23,825 nt of DNA from a bacterium. Its GTDB lineage: Bacteria; CALINM01. A program made the position numbers and the translations under genes. Below are positions 9,457 to 19,263 of the stretch, piece after piece (position 1 is the first letter of the stretch; each line of letters opens with the position of its first letter). The notes under the pieces were generated by a model. That model saw nothing but the letters and a program-made list of their open reading frames with translations, ran no database searches and was not told the DNA's origin. The stretch spans positions 1 to 23,825 of the forward strand of contig JBEQAF010000027.1 of assembly GCA_041640455.1 (NCBI GenBank), given 5' to 3'.

Positions 9457-10050
9457 ATGAAGATTGATTTTGTGTCAGCCTACATTCTGGCAGGTGGTAA
9501 GAGCGAAAGAATGGGAGAAAATAAAGCCTTTCTTTTTTTCAGGGAAAAGCCCTTTATTGATGAGATTTATAATGGGCTTTCGAGAATTTTTAAAAACGTA
9601 ACCATAGTTACCAAGCCAGAGTATAAAGCACTGTATAAAAGAAAAAAACTTGTTTTTGATATAATGAGTCTACAGACGCCGCTTGTGGGGATCCTGACAG
9701 CCCTTAAACATTCCATAAACGATTTTGTTTTCATAAAAAGCTGTGATAACCCTATCTTCTCCGCCGATTTAATAAAAGCCATGACTGAGCAGATAAACGG
9801 CTATGATGTGGTAATGCCAAAACTTTCCGATGGTTTTCATCCGCTATTTGCCATATACTCAAAAAACTGCCTTACGCCTATTGAAAATCAGCTTAAGAAC
9901 GGCAACAGAAGAACCATAGATTTTTTTAGACATGTGAATATTTGTCTCATGGATGAAGAAAAAGTTAAAAAATATGACCCTGATCTGGTATCATTTATAA
10001 ATATCAATACAAAAAAAGACTACGAACTTTTTAAAGGAAACTATCTATGA
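9457..10050 (+). CDS. mobA: Molybdenum cofactor guanylyltransferase
   Basis: ILAGGKSERMGENKA, PLVGILTAL, SCDNP, HPLFAIYS, FININT. Confidence 0.9.
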   Translation: MKIDFVSAYILAGGKSERMGENKAFLFFREKPFIDEIYNGLSRIFKNVTIVTKPEYKALYKRKKLVFDIMSLQTPLVGILTALKHSINDFVFIKSCDNPIFSADLIKAMTEQINGYDVVMPKLSDGFHPLFAIYSKNCLTPIENQLKNGNRRTIDFFRHVNICLMDEEKVKKYDPDLVSFININTKKDYELFKGNYL

Positions 10051-11726
10051 AAAAAATTATGATTTTTTTAATTTTTTTGAGTTTCTTTTCCTGTCATGCC
10101 GCCATGCAGATTAAGCCTGATAGCCCCAAAAGCCAGATGGTTATGACCGATGAGGATATAGCACTATTTATGGCATATAATGCCGCAATGATGGCAGGAG
10201 ATATAAATGCAGCAGAGAAATATGTGTATGAGTTTATACAGAGGTTTCCTGATTACAATGAAGCTATTATTGATCTAACAAATATATATACATTTACTAA
10301 AAGGTATGATAATGCCTTCGAGACCGTAAACCTTATCTTGAAGAAAGATCCAGATAACCTGGAAGCATTGATGGCGCTGGCAAATATTCACATACTCAAG
10401 GGGGATAAAAAGGGGGCATTCCCTGTGCTTGAAAAGATAGTCAGTCTTGATGCAATCAAAGAAAACTATTATATATTCCTTGCAAATATTTATGTGGAAA
10501 ATAAAAGATTTGAGGATGCCAAAAGGGTATTACTCAAGCTTCTTAAAAAGTTTCCAAACAGCTTTTTCGGTAGAGTAGGGCTTGCTAAGGTTTATGAAGA
10601 GCTGAACATGAATGAGGAGGCTGCAAAGGAGTATGAACTGGCATTTTCTCAACGAGAAGAGGATGAGATTCTTATTAATCTGGACAATATTTATGATAAG
10701 CTCGGTGACAGAAAAAAGTCTATCGAAGTACTGGAAAAATTTATCCAGAGAAACCCCGACTTCCCCAAGGTTAGAGAACGGCTTGCGAGGCTATATCTGG
10801 GTGAAAACAACTATGATAAAGCTCTGGAAAATCTTGATATTATTATATCTCAGTTTCCTGATAATCCAGACATTCTTAGCACGGCGGCATTTATTGCCTT
10901 AGACGGTGAGAAAGTTGATAGGGCAGGGTTCTATGTAGAAAGACTGCTTGAAAAAGCTCCCAATAGCGACCGAACCAGATATATTGCCGGGCTCTATTAT
11001 AAAGAACTAAAGGATTGGGATAAGGTAGTAATTTATTTTAAAGATATAAGAGATGAGGAATATTACAAATCTGCCATGATAAATCTTTCTGTGGCATATG
11101 AAAAATTGAAAAAATATGATGAAGCATATAATATCCTCAAGGAACTCTGGGATAAAGAAAAGGACCCGGATGCAGGATATTTTCTTGCCCTTTATCTGAA
11201 AAACAAAAAAAAATATAACGATGCCCTTTCCCTGCTTGATGATCTGTTAAATAAAGGTGAAAAAAGGGGGAACAGAGTCATTTTTCTGAAAGGCGAGATT
11301 TTGATAAAAATAAATAGATTTAATGAAGGAGTTAATCTGGTGGAATCCTGGTTGAAAGATAACCCCGATGATCCAGATGCTTTAAACTTTGTGGGATACA
11401 GCTATATTGAAAAGGGGATGGAGCTTGAAAAATCCTATGGCTATATAAAGAGGGCACTTGAGCTTAAACCTGATGATCCTTACATTACCGACAGTCTTGC
11501 CTGGTATTACTATATGGTAGGCAGATATGATAAAGCTTATGAGATTATTATGAAAGCCCATGAGAAGATAAAGGATGACCCCACCATCCTCGAGCATATA
11601 GGGGACATTCTGGTTAAACTGAAAAGATACAGAGAAGCAAAAAATTTCTATCAGGAATCACTGAAACATAACCCCGAGGATCCTGATGCGGTTAAGAGAA
11701 AGATTGAAGAGCTTAAAAACTATTAA
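10047..11726 (+). CDS. Tetratricopeptide-repeat lipoprotein
   Basis: Lipobox FFS-C and many TPR helices. C-terminal ALNFVGYSYIE...PDDPYITDSLAWYYY...EHIGD is typical of the conserved envelope TPR protein. Confidence 0.88.
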   Translation: MKKIMIFLIFLSFFSCHAAMQIKPDSPKSQMVMTDEDIALFMAYNAAMMAGDINAAEKYVYEFIQRFPDYNEAIIDLTNIYTFTKRYDNAFETVNLILKKDPDNLEALMALANIHILKGDKKGAFPVLEKIVSLDAIKENYYIFLANIYVENKRFEDAKRVLLKLLKKFPNSFFGRVGLAKVYEELNMNEEAAKEYELAFSQREEDEILINLDNIYDKLGDRKKSIEVLEKFIQRNPDFPKVRERLARLYLGENNYDKALENLDIIISQFPDNPDILSTAAFIALDGEKVDRAGFYVERLLEKAPNSDRTRYIAGLYYKELKDWDKVVIYFKDIRDEEYYKSAMINLSVAYEKLKKYDEAYNILKELWDKEKDPDAGYFLALYLKNKKKYNDALSLLDDLLNKGEKRGNRVIFLKGEILIKINRFNEGVNLVESWLKDNPDDPDALNFVGYSYIEKGMELEKSYGYIKRALELKPDDPYITDSLAWYYYMVGRYDKAYEIIMKAHEKIKDDPTILEHIGDILVKLKRYREAKNFYQESLKHNPEDPDAVKRKIEELKNY

Positions 11727-12171
11727 AATTATTTACATATTATCTCTGCTTGCTCTTTCTGGCTGCGCAGTAAAAACTGAGCAGACTTTTCCCAAAAAAA
11801 TATCCCATAGTGGGATGGGCTTTATAGAGCTTGTCTGTCCTGATAACTACTTCTATGGAGATCTTACCTATAATCTGTATGATAACCAGGACCTTGAGAT
11901 TGACATTTATAACTTCGGAACGCCCATATTGAAAATAACAGACTATGCCAACAGGTTAAGAATCTTCTATCTTGGAAACGAGGTTTCAGACAACTATTAC
12001 AATTTTTTCCCTGTAGATATTAAATCATTAAAAAACATTATACGGGACTATGTAAAAATCGGACAGATAACTGAAAAAGAGGCAGCGGTTCTTGACATAG
12101 ATAATAAAAAATACCTGATTTTTAATAGCCGTAACTGTACTATTAAGATATTGGCTGAAAGGGTAGAATGA
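11686..12171 (+). CDS. Small hypothetical lipoprotein (possibly LolB-like)
   Basis: Lipobox LLALSG-C, beta-rich body, overlaps both neighbours. Start uncertain (TTG 11704 possible). Confidence 0.6.
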   Translation: MRLRERLKSLKTIKIIYILSLLALSGCAVKTEQTFPKKISHSGMGFIELVCPDNYFYGDLTYNLYDNQDLEIDIYNFGTPILKITDYANRLRIFYLGNEVSDNYYNFFPVDIKSLKNIIRDYVKIGQITEKEAAVLDIDNKKYLIFNSRNCTIKILAERVE

Positions 12172-13778
12172 AGCGCTTAATAGCGATAATAATTCTGTTG
12201 ATTTTTATAGCAGGCTGCAAGAATAAACAGATTAATGAATCTGTCCAGATCTCTTCTGATAGTAAGGATTTGGGAGATAAGCTTATTGAAGGAACTATAG
12301 GAGACGCAAGCAATCTGATTCCATTTCTTGCTTCAGATAGCGCATCTCATCAGGTAGCCGATCTCATATATAACGGACTTGTAAAATATGATGAAAATTT
12401 AAATATAGTGGGAGATCTTGCAGAGTCCTTCGAGGTTTCAAAGGATGGTTTAAAGATAGTTTTTAAACTTCGAAAAAACGTAAAATGGCATGATGGCACC
12501 CCATTTACCTCCGACGACTGCGTCTTTACATATAAAATTATTACAGATCCGAGCACGCCTACCCCTTACTCAGGTGATTTTATGACTGTAAAGAGGGTTT
12601 TTAACCCTGATAAACACACATTTATAGTGGAGTATAAAGAGCCCTTTGCAGGAGCGCTTTCAAGCTGGGGCGTTTCTATTGTGCCCAAACATCTTCTGGA
12701 AGGCAAAGATATTACAAAATCTGAGCTTGCAAGGAAGCCCATTGGTACAGGACCTTTTAAATTTAAAGAATGGGTTCAGGGAGAAAGGATTGAGCTCACA
12801 GCCAATGATGATTATTTTGAAGGAAGACCATTTCTTAACGGGATCATATTCAGGGTCATTCCCGATATGTCAACCATGTTTTTTGAGCTAAAGTCAGGAA
12901 ATATTGATCTTTCAGGACTAACTCCGCTTCAGTATGAAAGACAGACTGATAGTGATACATTTAAAAAAAGGTTTAATAAATACAAATATCTTGCGTTTGC
13001 TTACACATATCTGGGTTTTAATCTTCAGAGAAAGCCCTTTGATGAAAAACGGGTTAGAAAAGCCATAGCTTATGCAATAGACAAGAATGAGATTATTAAA
13101 GGGGTGCTTCTGGGCAATGGTGTGGAAGCAACAGGTCCCTATAAGCCAGATGTTTACTGGTATAACGGCAATGTGGAAAGGTACGGATATAATCCCGAGA
13201 TGGCAAAAAAACTTTTAAAAGAAGCAGGCTTTGAGGATAAAGATGGGGACGGCATAGTGGAAAGAGATGGCAAGCCTTTAAGGTTTACTGTTCTTACCAA
13301 TCAGGGCAACGATGCAAGGATAAAAACAGCGGAAATAATTCAACGGCGACTTAAAAGCATAGGTATTGATATGAAAATACTGGTTCTTGAATGGGCTACC
13401 TTTATTAAAGAGTTTGTCCATAAGAGAAGGTTTGATGCCTTGATACTTGGCTGGACTATACCTCAGGATCCGGATCTTTTTGACATCTTTCATTCCTCAA
13501 AGATGGAGAAAAACGGATTAAATCATTATTCCTATAAAAATGAAGAGCTTGATGAGCTACTTGTGCGTGGTAGAAAAATCATTGACAGAAAAGAGAGAAA
13601 AAAGATATACGATAGAGTGCAGGAGATACTTGGCGATGACTGTCCCTGCGTTTTTTTATATGTGCCCTATGCTTTGCCAGTGGTTGATAGGAGATTTAGA
13701 GGGGTTGAACCTAAGCCAGCTGGTATTGCTTATAATAAATACAAATGGTACGTTCCAAAGCTTGAGCAGAGGTATTAG
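12168..13778 (+). CDS. Peptide ABC transporter substrate-binding lipoprotein (family 5, OppA/AppA-like)
   Basis: Lipobox IAG-C, GDLAES, FKLRKNVKWHDGTPFTSDD, PIGTGPFKF, RVRKAIAYAID, DKDGDG. Confidence 0.93.
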   Translation: MKRLIAIIILLIFIAGCKNKQINESVQISSDSKDLGDKLIEGTIGDASNLIPFLASDSASHQVADLIYNGLVKYDENLNIVGDLAESFEVSKDGLKIVFKLRKNVKWHDGTPFTSDDCVFTYKIITDPSTPTPYSGDFMTVKRVFNPDKHTFIVEYKEPFAGALSSWGVSIVPKHLLEGKDITKSELARKPIGTGPFKFKEWVQGERIELTANDDYFEGRPFLNGIIFRVIPDMSTMFFELKSGNIDLSGLTPLQYERQTDSDTFKKRFNKYKYLAFAYTYLGFNLQRKPFDEKRVRKAIAYAIDKNEIIKGVLLGNGVEATGPYKPDVYWYNGNVERYGYNPEMAKKLLKEAGFEDKDGDGIVERDGKPLRFTVLTNQGNDARIKTAEIIQRRLKSIGIDMKILVLEWATFIKEFVHKRRFDALILGWTIPQDPDLFDIFHSSKMEKNGLNHYSYKNEELDELLVRGRKIIDRKERKKIYDRVQEILGDDCPCVFLYVPYALPVVDRRFRGVEPKPAGIAYNKYKWYVPKLEQRY

Positions 13779-13781
13779 CTG

Positions 13782-14756
13782 ATGGGAAGATATCTGTTAA
13801 AAAGAATATGGGGAATGGTTATCAGCTTTTTCGGTATTACCATCATATCCTTTTTTATTATCAACCTTGCTCCTGGAAGCCCAACAGATCTTCAGACCGA
13901 TCTTAATCCCCGAATCACACCGGAGATTATAGAGAAACTCAGGAAGCATTACGATCTTGACAAGCCAGTTCATGTAAGATACATAAAATGGCTCAAAAAT
14001 CTTTCCACCCTTGATTTTGGCACGTCCCTTTCACCAGATGGCAGAAAGGTTATAGATAAGATTAAAGAGAGACTACCTGTAACCGTTTTGATTAATCTTC
14101 TTGCCATGATAATAATAATTATTGTCTCTATTCCGCTGGGACTTTATATAAGTATAAACAAAGGTAAATGGAAGGAACGGGTTATTACAGTTTTATCCTT
14201 TCTTTTTTATTCCATCCCGAGCTTCTGGCTGGCAATACTTTTGATACTTCTTTTCGGTATATACTTTCACATTCTGCCCATATCGGGATTAAAATCCATT
14301 AACTATGCCAGCATGAACAGCTTTGAGAAGATTCTTGATCTGGCAAGGCATCTGGTAACTCCTCTGATCGTGGCAACTTTAGGTGGAATTGCCAGCTTTT
14401 CGAGGTATGTGGCATCAAATTTTGATGAGGCTCTAAAACAGGATTATGTGACCCTTGCAAGAATTAAAGGTGTGCCTGAAGGTGTGGTTATTAGAAAACA
14501 TGCGTTGAGAAACGCTTTAATTCCAGTAATAACCATATTGGGACTTTCTGTGCCTGGTCTCATTGGTGGAAGCGTAATTTTTGAAACCATCTTTGCCATA
14601 CCGGGTATGGGACAGCTTTTTTTCCAGTCTGTAATGGGAAGAGACTATCCGGTTATAATGGGGATACTGGTATTGTCCTCAGTGCTTACGCTTCTTGGAA
14701 ATCTGCTGGCAGACATAGGCTATGGACTTGCTGATCCGAGGATAAGATACCGATGA
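13782..14756 (+). CDS. Peptide ABC transporter permease (OppB/DppB-like)
   Basis: LAPGSP, RLPVT, SIPSFW, DYVTLARIKG, HALRNALIPVIT, IFETIFAIPGMG, RDYPV, DPRIR. Confidence 0.93.
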   Translation: MGRYLLKRIWGMVISFFGITIISFFIINLAPGSPTDLQTDLNPRITPEIIEKLRKHYDLDKPVHVRYIKWLKNLSTLDFGTSLSPDGRKVIDKIKERLPVTVLINLLAMIIIIIVSIPLGLYISINKGKWKERVITVLSFLFYSIPSFWLAILLILLFGIYFHILPISGLKSINYASMNSFEKILDLARHLVTPLIVATLGGIASFSRYVASNFDEALKQDYVTLARIKGVPEGVVIRKHALRNALIPVITILGLSVPGLIGGSVIFETIFAIPGMGQLFFQSVMGRDYPVIMGILVLSSVLTLLGNLLADIGYGLADPRIRYR

Positions 14757-15601
14757 AAGATCGTAAAAGCTATCTGAATCTTACAATCAAAAGATTCTGT
14801 GAAAAAAAGTCAGCTCTTGTGGCTTTGTTTTTCATAGTGGCATTAATTTTTCTATCCTTCTCATATCCCCTTTTTTCAAAAACAAGCCCCGATGAGATTA
14901 ATGTGGATAGGATTCTTATGCCACCTTCCTTAGATCATTGGTTTGGCACCGATGCTCTGGGTAGAGATGTATTTGCCAGAGTTTTATATGGGGGGAGAAT
15001 CTCATTACTTGTAGGCTTTGTATCCGAAGGGATAGCAATTATGATTGGCATAATAATCGGTAGTATCAGTGGCTACTTTGGCGGAAGGGTGGATAATATT
15101 ATTATGAGATTTACCGATATTATGCTTTGCTTTCCTGTTTTCTTTCTTATTCTCTCGGTAATAGCTTTTGTGGAGCCCAGCATCTGGAATATTATGATTA
15201 TTATCGGTCTTACAGGCTGGATGTCTGTTGCAAGGCTTGTAAGGGGAGAGTTTTTAAGTTTAAGGGAGAGAGAGTTTGTTCTTTATGAGCGAGCCGTAGG
15301 AAATAGTAATCTGAAAATAATGTTTAAACACATTCTTCCCAATGCCCTGAACCCTGTAATTGTATCAGCTGCTTTCGGCATTGCAGGTGCCATACTTACC
15401 GAAACAGCTTTAAGCTTTATCGGACTTGGTGTTCAGCCACCCACTCCCAGCTGGGGGAACATTCTTACTCAGGGAAAAGATATTCTTGAGATTGCATGGT
15501 GGATATCTCTTTTTCCAGGACTGTTTATTCTTTTCTCGGTTTTATGTTACAATCTAATCGGTGAAGGGCTAAAAGATGCTCTTAACCCGAGACAATATTA
15601 G
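14753..15601 (+). CDS. Peptide ABC transporter permease (OppC/DppC-like)
   Basis: HWFGTDALGRDVFARVLYGGRISL, KHILPN, ETALSFIGLG..PPTPSWG, GEGLKDALNP. Confidence 0.93.
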   Translation: MKDRKSYLNLTIKRFCEKKSALVALFFIVALIFLSFSYPLFSKTSPDEINVDRILMPPSLDHWFGTDALGRDVFARVLYGGRISLLVGFVSEGIAIMIGIIIGSISGYFGGRVDNIIMRFTDIMLCFPVFFLILSVIAFVEPSIWNIMIIIGLTGWMSVARLVRGEFLSLREREFVLYERAVGNSNLKIMFKHILPNALNPVIVSAAFGIAGAILTETALSFIGLGVQPPTPSWGNILTQGKDILEIAWWISLFPGLFILFSVLCYNLIGEGLKDALNPRQY

Positions 15602-15611
15602 CGGAGGTAGT

Positions 15612-16466
15612 ATGAAACTCAGTCCCCTTTGCATCCCCTGTTTCTACAAGCAGGCAAATATTATAGCCAGTATTCTGAAGGCAGATGACAGTAGAAAGAT
15701 TGAGCTTTATAAGGGATTATCAAAGGTGCTTTATGAAAATATCAACCCAGACTACTCACCAGCAAGACTGGCAACCTTTGTGCATGCTTATATAAAAGGT
15801 TTTTTTAACGTAAATGACCCCTTTAAGGAGTTAAAGACAAACTCCAATAAAAAGATGCTGGAGTTTTATAACGATTTTAAAAAAATGGTTATAGAAAGTA
15901 AAGATAGGATAGACATGCTTTCGAGGCTGGCAATAGTAGGAAATCTCATAGATTATAGCCTTTTTGATAATGTTAATCTTACGACCATTAAAGATGAGCT
16001 GGTGAAGTTTAAATCTCCTCTTTATGAGATAGAGGGATTTAGCAAAGAGATTGAAAAATCAGAAAGAATACTTTATATCACAGACAATGCGGGAGAGATA
16101 GTCTTTGATAAGGTCTTTATTGAATATCTGGTCAATATGAAGAAAAAGGTTATTGTGGTGGTTAAGGAAGAGCCCATATTAAACGATGCTACAATGGAAG
16201 ATGCAAAAATGATAGGTCTTGATAAGATTACAAAAGTTTTACCCATAGGGAACGGAGAGGTAGGTACAGCCTATCCTACCAAAAATGAGTTTCTAAATAA
16301 GGCAATGAGAACAGCAAATCTAATTATCTCCAAAGGTCAGGCAAACTTTGAGACCCTTCTGGGGAGCAAACTGCCTGTTTATTATCTCTTTGTAGTGAAA
16401 TGTCAGGCTGTGGCAGATTATTTAAATGTGCCAGAAAAAAGCCCCGTTCTTTTGAGGGAAAAATAG
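15612..16466 (+). CDS. DUF89/ARMT1-like damage-control phosphatase
   Basis: CIPC, DPFKELK, GNLID, DNAGEIVFD, PILNDAT, ISKGQANFE, VKC. SD GGAGG before ATG 15612. Confidence 0.88.
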   Translation: MKLSPLCIPCFYKQANIIASILKADDSRKIELYKGLSKVLYENINPDYSPARLATFVHAYIKGFFNVNDPFKELKTNSNKKMLEFYNDFKKMVIESKDRIDMLSRLAIVGNLIDYSLFDNVNLTTIKDELVKFKSPLYEIEGFSKEIEKSERILYITDNAGEIVFDKVFIEYLVNMKKKVIVVVKEEPILNDATMEDAKMIGLDKITKVLPIGNGEVGTAYPTKNEFLNKAMRTANLIISKGQANFETLLGSKLPVYYLFVVKCQAVADYLNVPEKSPVLLREK

Positions 16467-16478
16467 CAGGAGAGGATA

Positions 16479-17684
16479 ATGAAATATCTTATTGTCATAG
16501 CCGATGGGATGGCAGACTATCCTATCAGGGCTCTTAATAACAAAACCCCACTGGAATATGTATCAAAACCTAATATAGATTTTCTTGCAAATACAGGACT
16601 ATGTGGCATGGTTAAGACAGTTCCGGATGGTATGCCACCAGGAAGTGATATTGCCAATTTAAGCATATTTGGATACGATCCCAGAAAATATTTTACCGGT
16701 AGAGCACCTCTTGAAGCAGCAAGTATTGGCATAGAGATGGATCTTTCAGATGTGGCTTTCAGATGCAATCTGGTTACATTAAGAGAAGATAAAGGTGAGC
16801 TTGTGATGGATGACTATAGCGCAGGCCACATAACAACTGAAGAAGCAGAAAAATACATTAACTTTCTTAAAGAGAAGATTAAAGTTGCCGATGTGAACTT
16901 TTATAAAGGAGTGAGCTATCGTCATCTGATGATCTGGAAAAATGGAAAATCTAATTTAGAGCTTACACCGCCTCACGATATCCCTGATAAACCCATAAAG
17001 GACTGGCTACCTAAGGGAGATGGAGCAGATTTTATCTATGGACTTATGAAGATCTCCATGGAAGTTTTAAAAAACTGTGAGCTGAACAGAGAGAGAAAAA
17101 AGAAAGGTAAAAAAGAGGTAACCTCCATCTGGCTCTGGGGACAGGGTAGAAAACCAAAATTACTAAGCTTTAAAGAAAAATTTGGTCTTACAGGAGGAGT
17201 TATTGCTGCCGTTGACCTGATAAAAGGGATCGGCATTCTGTCGGGATTAAAGCCTGTATACGTAGAAGGTATGACGGGCTACCTGGACACCAATTTTGAA
17301 GGAAAAGCTGACGGAGCTCTAAAAACTTTAAAAAAAGAAGATCTCTGCATAGTTCATATAGAAGCCTGTGATGAAACTTCACACGAAGGAAGCCTTGAGA
17401 AAAAACTTCTGAGCATTGAATATATTGACAAAAGGTTTCTTGGAAGGGTATTAAAAGGTCTTGAGGATATAAAGGAATACCGAATACTATTCTGCATAGA
17501 TCATCCCACCCCGGTTGAAAAAAAAGTGCATGTGTCAGATCAGGTGCCTTTTATTATCTATGACAAAAACAAAAATTTTAAAGGCATTAGAAGCTTTACA
17601 GAAAGCCTTTGCAGAGAAACCGGGTTTTACATTGATGAGGGACATCTGCTGATAAATACTCTTATAAACGGAGAAAAAAAATGA
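16479..17684 (+). CDS. apgM: Cofactor-independent phosphoglycerate mutase, ApgM family (includes the subfamily proposed to be a homoserine kinase)
   Basis: DGMAD, KTPLE, PGSDIANLSIFGYDP, TPPHDI, HIEACDETSHEG, DHPTP. Confidence 0.85.
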   Translation: MKYLIVIADGMADYPIRALNNKTPLEYVSKPNIDFLANTGLCGMVKTVPDGMPPGSDIANLSIFGYDPRKYFTGRAPLEAASIGIEMDLSDVAFRCNLVTLREDKGELVMDDYSAGHITTEEAEKYINFLKEKIKVADVNFYKGVSYRHLMIWKNGKSNLELTPPHDIPDKPIKDWLPKGDGADFIYGLMKISMEVLKNCELNRERKKKGKKEVTSIWLWGQGRKPKLLSFKEKFGLTGGVIAAVDLIKGIGILSGLKPVYVEGMTGYLDTNFEGKADGALKTLKKEDLCIVHIEACDETSHEGSLEKKLLSIEYIDKRFLGRVLKGLEDIKEYRILFCIDHPTPVEKKVHVSDQVPFIIYDKNKNFKGIRSFTESLCRETGFYIDEGHLLINTLINGEKK

Positions 17685-19069
17685 GCAATCTAAAAGTCTT
17701 TATTCTTGCAGGTGGAAAAGGGACAAGGCTATGGCCCCTGTCAAGAGAGAACTATCCCAAACAGTTTATAAAATTTTTTGATGACACATCTCTTTATCAG
17801 AGCACATTAAAAAGAGCTTTAAATCTTACCACTGAGGATCATATCTATCCCATAACCTCACAGGAGCTAACAGATCTGGTTGTCAGTGATACTTCAAAGA
17901 TATCTGATCGAATTTTAAAAAATATTATTGTAGAACCGGAGGGGAAAAATACCCTTCCTGCAACTGTGCTTGGATTATTTGAGTGTGCCGATAAAGATGT
18001 GTTTATTGTAATGCCATCAGACCATTATATTGAAAGGGAAGAAGAGTTTTATGCAAATCTAAACCTGGCAGTAAAAGAAGCCAGCAAAGGCAGGTTTGTA
18101 ACCATTGGCATAACACCGACCAGACCTGAAACAGGCTTTGGATACATTGAGGGTGATAAGCTAAAAAATCAGGTTTATTCGGTCAAAAGGTTTGTTGAAA
18201 AGCCTGATATATCAAAAGCAATGGAGTTTATCAAAAAAAAGAACTTTTACTGGAACTCGGGGATATTTATCTTTAGAAAAAAAGAGGTTGAGTTTGCACT
18301 GGAATCATCAGAGCCTGAGATCTTTAGTTCCTATAAAAAAGGAAAGGAAAGCTTTCTTAAGGATTACAAAAAGATAAAATCTCAGTCTATTGACTATGGG
18401 ATAATGGAAAAAGTAGATATCTCTAAGGTGTCAATGGTTCCAGGCAGTTTTATCTGGAATGATCTGGGCAGTTTTGATGCCTTTGAAAATATACTCAATC
18501 CTGATAGCGATGGAAATATGTTTAAGGGAACAAACAGTTTTTACTCCATAGAAAGCAGTAACAATCTTGTGCTCAATAACCAGAAGCTAACAGTTCTGCT
18601 TGGATGTGAAGATCTAATCTGTATTGATTCTGAAGATGCCCTGCTCATTATGAAAAAGGGGATGGGACAGAAGATTAAAGATGTTTTTAACATGTTGAAA
18701 CAGAAGGGAGAAAAAGAGATAAACTATCTGAAAACAGGCTACAGACCATGGGGAAGCTATACTGTTATTCTGGAAGGAGAGAGATATAAAATAAAAAAGA
18801 TTACAGTAAAACCCCAGTCTGCTCTGAGCCTTCAGATGCATCATCACAGAAGTGAACACTGGGTCGTTATAAAAGGAACTGCAAAGGTTACTGTGGGTGA
18901 AGATGTGCATTATGTTCATGAAAACGAAAGTATCTATATTCCAAAGTCAACCCTTCACAGGCTTGAAAATCCAGGCAAGATAGAACTTGAGATTATCGAA
19001 GTCCAGAACGGCGAATATCTTTCTGAAGATGATATTATCAGACTAAAAGATGACTATGGAAGAAAATAG
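17681..19069 (+). CDS. manC: Mannose-1-phosphate guanylyltransferase / mannose-6-phosphate isomerase
   Basis: ILAGGKGTRLWPLSRENYPKQF, EPEGKNT, PSDH, FVEKP, WNSG, WNDLGS and C-terminal cupin RPWG..LSLQMHHHRSEHW. Confidence 0.93.
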   Translation: MSNLKVFILAGGKGTRLWPLSRENYPKQFIKFFDDTSLYQSTLKRALNLTTEDHIYPITSQELTDLVVSDTSKISDRILKNIIVEPEGKNTLPATVLGLFECADKDVFIVMPSDHYIEREEEFYANLNLAVKEASKGRFVTIGITPTRPETGFGYIEGDKLKNQVYSVKRFVEKPDISKAMEFIKKKNFYWNSGIFIFRKKEVEFALESSEPEIFSSYKKGKESFLKDYKKIKSQSIDYGIMEKVDISKVSMVPGSFIWNDLGSFDAFENILNPDSDGNMFKGTNSFYSIESSNNLVLNNQKLTVLLGCEDLICIDSEDALLIMKKGMGQKIKDVFNMLKQKGEKEINYLKTGYRPWGSYTVILEGERYKIKKITVKPQSALSLQMHHHRSEHWVVIKGTAKVTVGEDVHYVHENESIYIPKSTLHRLENPGKIELEIIEVQNGEYLSEDDIIRLKDDYGRK

Positions 19070-19094
19070 ATAAAGATTAAAAATTAGCACTTAA

Positions 19095-19116
19095 TATAGA
19101 CATATTTACCAGTCTG
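19095..19116 (+). repeat. 22-bp repeat, copy A (inverted partner at 21531-21552)
   Basis: TATAGACATATTTACCAGTCTG is 20/22 identical to the reverse complement of 21531-21552. Confidence 0.6.
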
Positions 19117-19193
19117 GAATGGATTAAGTAATATGTTAAATATTTCAGCAGATTTAAGCAAGTTCTCCATGAGGAACACAGGGAATTTTTTTC

Positions 19194-19221
19194 TTGATTT
19201 TTTCTACAAAAATAGTAACAT
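19194..19221 (+). promoter_or_regulatory. Putative sigma70 promoter of the speB-pdaD unit
   Basis: TTGATT (19194-19199), 16 nt, TAACAT (19216-19221). Confidence 0.4.
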
Positions 19222-19263
19222 TTTTTATTGCACTCAGATGAAACCTAAGGAGGGTAAGTAGAT

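Noticed and set aside
19114..19141. dif-like site: ATATGTTAAAT (19131-19141) is 10/11 to the XerD arm
   Set aside because: The XerC arm position (CTGGAATGGAT) has no resemblance to consensus, and AT-rich chance matches are likely.
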